The notes under the pieces: generated by a model
What the model saw: the letters and a program-made list of their open reading frames with translations, nothing else
Database searches by the model: none
Told to the model about the DNA's origin: nothing
Made by a program: the position numbers and the translations under genes
Source: Kudoa neothunni
Lineage: Eukaryota; Animalia; Cnidaria
Assembly: GCA_964304625.1 (NCBI GenBank)
Contig: OZ199840.1
Location: 115,795-179,794 of the forward strand
DNA: 64,000 bases
Direction of reading: 5' to 3'
Part shown: positions 54,084 to 64,000 of the stretch, piece after piece
Layout: every line of letters starts with the position of its first letter
Numbering within the stretch: position 1 is the first letter of the stretch

Positions 54084-55337
54084 CCTATACTATAACTTTT
54101 ATAAATTTACAAAAATTCTATTGCCTCACATTTTTCGTCAATACTGAATAGTTCCTTGATAATTCCGAACCCTCGCTAACCCAGTCACCAAACATAAAAT
54201 GTCACGCCATATGAAGGAAACTCGATATCGGAGAACATTAGACTTGAAAACATTTTTAAACATTTTTCCTCCGTATGTGTTATTGCAAAAAAAGTAAAAT
54301 TAACTACGAACTTTGGTGAGTCTAAAATTTATAAAATCGATGTCAAAATTTATAATCACGTTATATCCAATTTTGAACGTAGATGCAAAATGATTTTAAG
54401 GGATTTTTTGAAAATAATTTTAGTACAGTAGGTGACCACTCGTTTGTAATCTCCACGAGTATTGAAAAATGTACGAAAAATTGGTCATTAAGAAAAGCAC
54501 GTAAAAATAGCAAATGTAAATTAAAATTCGTTTTATTAACTTGATACATTCCATTATAAAAAAATACGGTATATCATTTAAAAAAAATTAATACAGCATA
54601 AATCTACTTTTTGTTAAAAGTACAAACGAGTCGACAGTGCGAAAAACTGGTCACCCACTGTGTTAAATAATCCAATAATTAATTTATTTATTAATATTTT
54701 CCACATAACATTAGCTTTTAAATAGCCCAAGATTTCATTAAAAACTGGAATAAGTACTAAAACCACAATTATAGTTCCCAAGAAATGAGTTTGCATTGAT
54801 TAGTGTTGAAAATCCTAGATGCCAATACACAAGCCGTTGAGCTAATTTTTTTAATAAACAGCAACAAAATATTAATCATATCTTGTTATCTAGTTTTTCA
54901 GATATTTATATTTCACATCAATTTCAGTACCGTTATTTAGTGTATAATTTATAAAGTAACCGAATACAACATCCAAATATTTTGGAGATTAATCAACGTT
55001 TAAAACTATTTTTCGATAAATATATTCAATTTATTATAATTATTTCGTTTAACAAAATAAATATTATGCGTGCATCATATTTCATTAAGTTTTAGCAATT
55101 TCTAATAATTATAAAAAAAATTTTAAAAGTTTATTAACAATCCCACATTTTTATCCGAATCATATCATCCCTATCAAGTTTTATAATAACGTTGGAACAT
55201 ATCAAAGATAAAATATTTTTATTTTATTAAGTATCAATAAGTTTTAATTATTGATAAATCATATATATCACACCATTAGTTAAAAATATAAATTTCTATA
55301 GTTAGATTAAAGGATAATAATTCATAAATGCGGGAAA

Positions 55338-58336
55338 TTAATTTTTCTTCTTGAAAACCACGAAACCAATAGCACCCATGATCATAGCTCCAATAGCCGC
55401 TACAACGATTACTCTAAAATGATGTCAGTTAAATTTTAGGAATATAACAAAGTAATACATGACCACGGTTTTAGAACTAAATAAAAGAATTAATTTATTT
55501 CAAAAATATTAATTAATAAACCTTGAACTGCTTTTGGCTCCTAAAAGTTACAATTTAAATTATTTTCGAAGTAATAATGTTTTACCTTGCTCAATAGTGG
55601 CCGTCCCATAAACTGTTTTATCGGTGGAACTGTACACAGTCAAGTGATAATTGTTGCCATCTGCTAATCCACCGATAGTGAATGATTTGCATGAAGGGTA
55701 CGTTCTACATCCATTGTCATTTCGTCTCATGCATTTTTTAATAATTGCTATCGATTTGGTACTCGCGTTACGTAATTCCCACTTACATTTGGATTTTTCA
55801 TTAAGACTCGACGGAAGCGTGTTTTCTATAACAAATGATTCACCATCCCTTGTTATGGTCACATATATTATTTTGTCGTTTTCTGTGGGATTCCCCTTTG
55901 GAGCAGCTATTTATTTTAAATATAATAATAATATCGAAAATATTTTTACTAGCTACTAAAGTAATTTCATTTCGCTCTGATTTTCCCACTGCAGTAATAG
56001 ACACTTTATACTCTTCATTTGCATCATAGTCGTTGAATTTAATAGAACTGCACAATGGAAATGAGGAGCATGTGTTTGAATTGACCGGGCTCGCAGTTGT
56101 ATCAACTGTTGTAGCTGGGGCAACATTTGTGTCAGTTTCAGTTTGAGTAATAGATTCAGCTCTTGCAATTTTTAATTCATTAATTTCTGATTTTAGACTT
56201 TGAATTTTACTAGTACCAGTTTGTCCTTGGTCGGGATTAGGACTGGATTCGGCTGGTGAGCTTGTTGGAGTATTTTGAGTTTCTGGCGCAGCTGCCGGTG
56301 TCTGTGATGCTTCGCAGACGTAAACATCTTCAAACCTTTCATCTTTTTTTATTTGGATTGTATAATGGCAAATGGCTTCTGGGACTTTTTTGGACAATTG
56401 TGCATTCAATTCCAATCCTTGCTCAGTGTATTTTTGAGTTATTCTCAAGGTTGCCAGATCTAGATTGAGTTAATAAGTTAACTTTTTGAGAAATATACTC
56501 GTCGTAACATTTTCATATATGTGTTCTTTGTACTCCTTATCAGCAATGACCTTAACGTCGTAAGAAGAGTTTGGTTCAAGGTCAATTATTGTTATTGATT
56601 CTCTACATCTTCCTCTACAGGGGTTAGTTTCAGTACATTTAGCGGTGTAAAATGTATTTTTCCCGGCTGGACTTATATAATACTCACAGTTTGGCTCATT
56701 TTTCGGATTGCTTTCGTTGTTACCTCCAATGGCTGTTAGTATAGTTGTTGATTCTGTTTTAGTAGGGGCAGTTGCTTGAAAATTTTTGTCATCATTTTTA
56801 TCTTTGAAAACTTTTAGTTACTGCTAGTTAATTTTCAATTGTTACCTGTCCTTATAAATATTTGTTCTTTAAAATTATCTGGATCTGTTATACCAGATTC
56901 AATTTCGATGATGTATGGTTTTCCTGGTAATAGTTGCTCAATTACTACCTCAGTGCATTCTATTTTACAGGTATCAGCTCCACTGACACTCGTACTGCTA
57001 TTGCATTTCGATACCGTAGTTGTAGCCGGCTTAATTGTGTCAGCAGGATAATGCTTTATAGTACAAGTAGTGAATGCAGTCCCTGATGGTTTATATACGG
57101 CAGCATCCAATTTTACACCCCCCTTTTTCAAATCAGACAAAAGACCATCTCCACTTTCCAAAATGGCTATAAAAACGAATATACAATATTGTTACGAAAA
57201 ATAAAATACCAAACTTTTTCTGAGAAAACCCATCTAGATTACCGGTAATGGTTTTAGATAGGTCGTGGTGTTTGGTTTGAATCAAGACTTGGTAGAATGC
57301 TTTTGCTTCAGTTACAGTAAGTTCCACATCTTTACAAGGTACGTAACACTTTCCGGCAGTATTACCACATTTTGATTCAAACACAGCGTTAGCTGCTTCC
57401 CGTTTACCGCCCTTAATGCTGAATATGCAAATTTCAGCGGATAATGTTAAATCTGTGAATTTAAGAGCAACTTGATTAGCAACTCCCGCCCTTTTTGTTA
57501 CGTAATACTGAGGTTCATAAATAGCAATATTTTTCTTCATGTATGCATTTGGCATATAGTAAAAGAAACTTGGATAATTCACGCATCTCATCTCATAATG
57601 AGGAATCAATACGTCAAACTCAACATCATTCTCTGTGTTTCCTGTATCGCATGTTTGCCCTGCATTACCCCCTTTGAATTGTGCGTCCTTATAATGGATT
57701 GGGCACGCAACTGGAGAGCAAGTTTTTGTTAGAAGTTTCAATTTTTCTGTAGCCATAGAGATCGATACTTGAGGATTGACCAATAATGCTAAATTTGATG
57801 AAATTATTTATCAATTCAAAGTTATTTAGATTACGTATGGCTAAACCAAACACCTTTCCACCTCTTGTATACTGCTGTGATTTAACAGTCCCATCTTCAC
57901 CAACATATACATACATGTATTTTGTTCTAGGAGAAAGTTTATCATATGGTACTTTACTTGTTTGGCTATTGCAATCGATTATGCATTTTGTGGTTTCGGC
58001 AGTTTCATGTCCAGGGCATTCTGAAATTTCTTTAAGATCAGCTGGAGTACTTGAGTCGAGTATAGTTTCTGCTTCGTTTGACCTCAATATACGACATTTT
58101 CCTGTAGCATAACTTGTTCCGCCAAGTGTATGCTTAACTACATTGGAGCTAGCGGAGCTATCATATTCAATTCGATAATTTAGAATAGCTAATGGAGTAG
58201 ACGTTGATGGAGAAGCGGGCGCCGTTGCATTTTCCATCGTACAAAATAATGCGATTTGTATGACTAATAAAGATTCACTGATGATAATAAAAAACTATAT
58301 ACATAGGAGGTAATTCAAAAATTTATCCCTAACCAT
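55338..58336 (-). CDS. Surface-protein paralogue E, intact, 10 exons, 869 aa type I membrane protein
   Basis: Exons 58303-58336, 57835-58263, 57210-57788, 56846-57166, 56499-56801, 55950-56459, 55586-55906, 55522-55540, 55459-55476 and 55338-55413 total 2610 nt in one open frame. Signal-like MVRDKFLNYLLFIQIALFCTMENA; TM VVIVIVVAAIGAMIMGAIGFVVF followed by KKKN*. Intron 1 has an in-frame TAG, supporting that it is spliced. Confidence 0.92.
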
Positions 58337-60576
58337 AATGAAAGGAAAAGCAAAATAACAAATAAAACTGAATAAATGAATACTACAATAAGCCGACACT
58401 TGTATCGGGTAAATAGCCCATCTAAGAGACAATTGATTTAATAATCCAATTCTTCATTGATTTTAAGTTTCTGATTAGTTTATGTTTTTTTTATTATTAA
58501 AATACAACCTAATTATTAATTTAAAAATTTTAATAATACCAGATACAAAATATGAAAATCATAAGAGTGGATTTCATTTTATTAAGATTACCATGAAATC
58601 CAAGGTTTACCTGATGACGTATGATGGATTCTTTAGAATTTGAAGCCATTTTTATCTATATCAATTTTCTATTGAATTTCATTACAAAATAGATCAGATA
58701 TTTGTATTATTACATTTTTTATACATATTAGAAATCAATCTTTATTATCTCTACCACACTCAAATGGATATTGGTCATAATACAAAGATATTTCCTATTA
58801 TAAAATTTTATAAATTTACATAAGGAAACTAATTTTTCAAAATATAAGATAGAAAAACGTTTTTTTTGATTAAAAATGAAGTACGTTACATAACGTTAAA
58901 TGACCGAAATCCATGAAGCAGCGTCATACAATAATGTGTCTTTAAACTCTTCTTAATCTTAGAAAATGTAATAAAAAATCAACCTTTTAAATTTAAATTT
59001 TGGATATTTGATTTAACATTATAAAAGGAAGATTACACACAAATAAAAATGTAATCTAATACATGATAATAACTTTAAATATTCCTCATTTTGATATTTT
59101 AAGAAGATTTTTTTGGACTTCATATAAAAAATTCGAGCTAAATATAATATTTAGTCAATAAAACAAAATGTTTTTCAAAGTAAATTAATTGATCCTGCCT
59201 AAAATTTAATATAATTATTTCCTACCTAAAATCGTAATCAAAAAACAAGATTTGATTCATTTGTAAATTGGGTTATTTATTTGAAAAATATTATAATCAT
59301 TAACTTAAACTATTTTTTAAAGTTTACCATCATTTGCAGCTTAAACTAATTTTATAGTTATTAAAGATATTTCCTAAATTAATTAATTCTCAAATTTGAG
59401 AATTCATGTATTATTAACTTTTTAAGCTAAAAAACTTAAATTTCGATTGATAATAAAATGATGCATTTTAAGAGTTAATCACAATTTTTTGAATGAGGCA
59501 AAAGCTGCTCATTCTAAAATTCCCTTAAATTAGGCAATACAAATATATATTTACTATTCAAGTACCACTTTGATTTATTTAACATTACAAATGATCCAAA
59601 ATTGATTGAAATAATTCTTTCTGACCTTCAGACATGAAAATTTTTCAGATTATATTTAAACTCAAAATTTGCATCACCATATCTTATGTTAAACATCACG
59701 TCATCTAATGTAGTCATTAATATAAACTTTTCTTATCGTTTATCAGGGTTTCCTTTTTTACCTTAATTTAAATATTGAACAAAAATTTATTTTTAAATTA
59801 ACTTTTCTGCGTATAATAAATATAAAAATGTCAAATAAAATTTACATATTTATTTGAATGTGCTTGTTTTTAGTAAATTTCTCCGTTGTGAAAAAAATTA
59901 TTAATATTTAATTATGATTATATTTTGTAAAATGATTATAAATTTAACATTAGAGTTTTTACAGATTGACAGAAAATTAATTATATATCTAGTAAAATCA
60001 TTCCATGGAACAAAGTTAAGATGGATGCAAACCTTCCGTGTATGTATATTTTTAGAAGTTTCTGTTGTAGAAAAGTAATTCCAATTTCTTTGTTTAGTAT
60101 TTAAATGACCTATCATTGCTTAAAACGCAGATAACTCTTATCTGGCGAAATCTTGCCGGAAGCGCGATCAAAAGTTAAATTTATTATTCGGCATCCTATT
60201 CAAGCCGTGTGTGAAAGTTAATATTGCAGTGAAAATAAAGAAAAAATTTGAAATAAAATAACAATTTATTAATTATATAATATTCTAAAGTTTGGTTACA
60301 TACTGTGGAGATTATTTCTAAGAAGGATGGCAATTTCGTTCGTTCAAAAAATTTGAAGTCTTGAGAGCGAACACGAACTTATCACCCTCGCCTTAGACTA
60401 TTGGAAGATTCTAAATATCGAAATCTAAGAAAGTTGGGTAACATTTTTTTGAGATATAGCGGCCACTTGAGCTCCGAGGTTTTTTCTAATAGCGAACAAA
60501 TCCTCAAAAGTGATTGTTCACACATGAACTCATTTACCTTGTTGAAACTGCCAGTCAATTCCAACAATAAAGTTAA

Positions 60577-63127
60577 CCTTCTAAGTAACAATTAGGCAGA
60601 TCCTCTCGGAGTATAATTGGGGTCCATTTTGACCCTAGATTTTATTTATCATTTCATTGAATAATATAGTATTTTATCAATCTGTAAAATTTTAATTTTA
60701 AAAAGTGTTCTTTTCGTTAATAATTTCACGTCTTGTTTTCACCGGGCGCGTGCGTCTACGTGCATTGTTCCTTTATAAATATTACGACTGATTATTTTAA
60801 AATGACTGTTACTAGAATTCTTTAATAACTCCATAAACACATAATATATCTGTTTAAATTATTCTTAAAAATAAATAAAATGGGCTGAAATTTATTTTAA
60901 TGATTGAATCACGAATTTCAATTAAGCTCTACACGAAAATTTATCAAATCTACTATGGATTGCAAACGAATATAATTAGTAAATCCCTATAAATATAATT
61001 TTTTCTTTCATTATCAAAATGAAAACAGGACAATTTAAAAATCACGTAACCAATAAATTAAATGGTTTGCAAATAATTTTAAATTTGGACAAGCATATAA
61101 TTTCCATGACAATACAATAAAAAATGGCAAATAACTTGAATCAGTATCAAATAGAAAGAATAAGTAATTCATTATATTTGAGAAAAATACGGTAAGAAAT
61201 TGGTAAAAACATACATTGCATGTTGTTTGCAGCATGGAACCTCACAGAGCTTGCATTTTAAATGTTTTTTTATCTTTGTCTCGACTACATAAAACACATC
61301 AATTTTAGGGTTACGATCAATGATATTCTTTTTTGGAGATTTCATGCTTAGGGTTACTTCATTCGTGGCTAGTTGGATATTTGGGTTGTTTTTGCATCTC
61401 AATGGTTCGCATAGCTCATATGCTACTTTTTTAAAGAAATTGCGCCGTTTGATACTAGGATCGTTGAATATTTCTTTTTAAACAACAAAGGCATTTATCA
61501 GAGATATGCCGACCATATTATAAAAAAAATCAAAGGCAATCGTCTGGCAAATCTTCCGACGGAGACAGAGGCCAGCATGCGGTCAACTGTATCAACGCCT
61601 CTTCTAGCAGCGTTATACTCTAAGATGACCTCAGGTTTATGTGGGGATTTCCTAGAAATAGATGTGTTGGGGTACAAAATAGATAAAAGTAACACTGGTT
61701 TTTTTCTAAAAACGAAACTAACATTTTTTGTCTCTAAAAATAAACTTCGATTCGTTGACAGGAGTTTTTCTATCGGGGAGGAGAAATGGAGGAATATCTC
61801 GCTTTTTTATTCAGATGATACCGAGTAATGTCATTGTTCTTTTAAGTAACTTTTCAGCCAAAGGAATAGAAGTAAAATAATTATCACACACCAAATTGCA
61901 TCCTAAGTTGACCAAATTTTCAGTTAATTTTAATGCAAAATTTTTCCCCACATCATAAATTTTGATATCATATCTAAAAGACATTTTTTGTCGACGTAAG
62001 CATCAATATTTAACACATATGAAGATGCTGGATCAACCAATAGGAAAAATTTTAAGTCATAATTTGCTATTTTTTTTTTATAATCGTCTAAAATAAGCCA
62101 ATTGCTCATCAAGACGTACATTCTCTCCGGGGTTATTACATTTTTTCGCCACGTTGACCCAAATGTCCCATATTTCTCTAATTGGGCAAAATTGTTCGTG
62201 CTACCGCCGTTCCTTCCTAGATTCTGCATTATCAATGTGGGATGCTCTTGTTAATTGCCTGAATATGTACAAGGAAAAAAGATATTTGTATATTTTCCTA
62301 CTTTCGTCACAACTAAACATGTCAATAATAGCGTCTTGCCTATCCTTATGGATTGCCACGTACAATAAACAGCCAATAAAACCATGCATTTCATCGACTT
62401 CAACATCTCTCCATTTATTACCATAATGATTCTTACCACATTGATTGGTATACTTAATTGTTTGTTCCACTATTTCTATTGGGAAGAAATGATGAAAACA
62501 TCATACAATACTAGAGATCTTTTGAGTGGCGTACACAGTCACACCTCGAAGAAAATTCATTTTATTTTCTGCAGCCACGTTGGTTTTTTTGGTTTTATTA
62601 CACTTCATAGACAGTTATTTTTGTCTACAAGCGAATCGTTATTTTTATCACGCACAAGATTTTCTTCCTTCTCATTGCTGACAGTTTCCTTCAAATCCAC
62701 TAGGTCCTCTGTTTCAGATTCATTAGTGTCAATACTCTCCTCGCTATTTCCTAAGAAGAAATCCATACTCTCACAACAGAAACTTGCACACTCACGTATG
62801 CGCGAAATAAAATTGTGTGTTTGATTTTGGTATGTAAAATATTTTTAATGCCAATTTCCATCTGAAAATTAATATAAATAATAATATTCTTTTAAAATAT
62901 CAAAAAAAAAAATGTTGGAATCCAAATGGATCCCAATTATACTCCGAAGGTGTTTTTGTTATAAAAATTTCTATGACGGATGAAAATTCCAATAAATCTA
63001 TTCCTTTAAAGATAAACATGTTTTACGGGAACAGAAGAAGTTTGAATTCTAATAATTATATAACGGCTGAGAAAACGGGGTGGAAATCTCGTTTGGGGTC
63101 CAAATGGACCCCAGTTTACTTTGAGGG
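60577..63127 (-). mobile_element. Decayed piggyBac element
   Basis: TTAA duplication on both sides, with an empty site at about 38288. Ends CCTTCTAAGTAA / CCCTCAAAGTAA and subterminal IR GGAGTATAATTGGG(G/A)TCCATTT. Motifs NLVCDNYFTS, KPEVILEYNAARRGVDTVD and a Cys-rich tail. Confidence 0.93.
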
Positions 63128-64000
63128 TTAATAAATCTAACTAATAGTTATGTGCAATAAGAAATAGTTATTTATTCTTTTTAATTTTACACTATAATTG
63201 ATCTTTTAGCAATTAAAAATTTATTGTTCGCCTCCTTAGTCATAACTTTGATACTACAAAATTTCTGTAACCTTCTGAGTCAGTGGTTGTGGGAGCTCTC
63301 TCTTGCAGTTTGCTTAAGCCCAAGTTAGAAAATATACGGCGGAAACGATACAATAATATGTTATGACAGCGTTTCCCTTTTATTTTTTCCCCACACCCCC
63401 AAACGATTATCAAGTTCACTCTCGCACCCCTATGTTAATATTTATAAAAATATTAATGGTAAAGTTGTGTTTCCTTTTTTTTACTTTAAGTTTATATTCC
63501 AAATAATGCATTTTAATTTTGTAATTTTCAAAGAAATATATTAAAATAATTTTCATGAGTTTAGTCGATTAATCGCTACTACTTTATGAATAAAATTAAA
63601 AAAAGCATTCCTATGATAATCATACATTTTAAAAAGAAAGCCAAAACTCAGCATTTTTATTTTATATAACATTATTAATGAAAACTTTATTTATTTTATA
63701 AAACAATTAATAAAATATTGCGTATAGACAGATATCTAGTTAATATATATATATATATTAAGTTTTATATCAAATTCAGTCACTTTAATAGGCATATAAG
63801 AGACCAAAATTCAAAAAAATGATAACACATTTAAAAACTATTGAGTTTAATTTCGATTTATCGGCTTTCCCTCTCTTGGCGTTCTTCCACTAATAATTCA
63901 AATCGCGGTTCCACATTTGTCAATGCGATGCGTAAATCATTTTCTGTATTCAGTAAATTTCTATATTTATTTTTTAAATACAACGAAAGTGAAAATCCTG

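Noticed and set aside
54423-54662. CACAGTG (RSS heptamer / Transib-like end) in a small inverted repeat downstream of gene E, suggesting V(D)J-like recombination
   Set aside because: There is no nonamer at 12- or 23-nt spacing, no matching TSD, and no such signal at the other copies. At most it is a decayed MITE.
1-64000. CRISPR arrays, rRNA, tRNA or prokaryotic operons; naming the organism or gene
   Set aside because: None were seen. The intron structure and transposon set are eukaryotic, and the sequence alone does not support a taxon or gene symbol.

Overview
This is very AT-rich eukaryotic DNA with 39-49 nt GT-AG introns; the organism cannot be identified from the sequence alone. The window holds five minus-strand paralogues (here A-E) of one 10-exon gene that the ORF track fragments. 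Spliced by hand, it encodes a ~870 aa type I membrane protein: signal peptide, seven Cys-stapled modules (six with fibronectin type III-like L-x-P-x3-Y strands), two micro-exons, one TM helix and a 4-residue basic tail. Distal modules are divergent, with hypervariable disulfide-bounded loops. Membrane-proximal exons and their introns are nearly identical, and the copies are patchwork mosaics of each other. This looks like a recombining variable surface-antigen or recognition-receptor array. The spacers contain decayed, often nested DNA transposons (piggyBac, pogo/Tigger, Merlin, MULE, Helitron, hAT ends), and several of their transposases carry host-sized introns. All gene models are manual predictions without transcript evidence.
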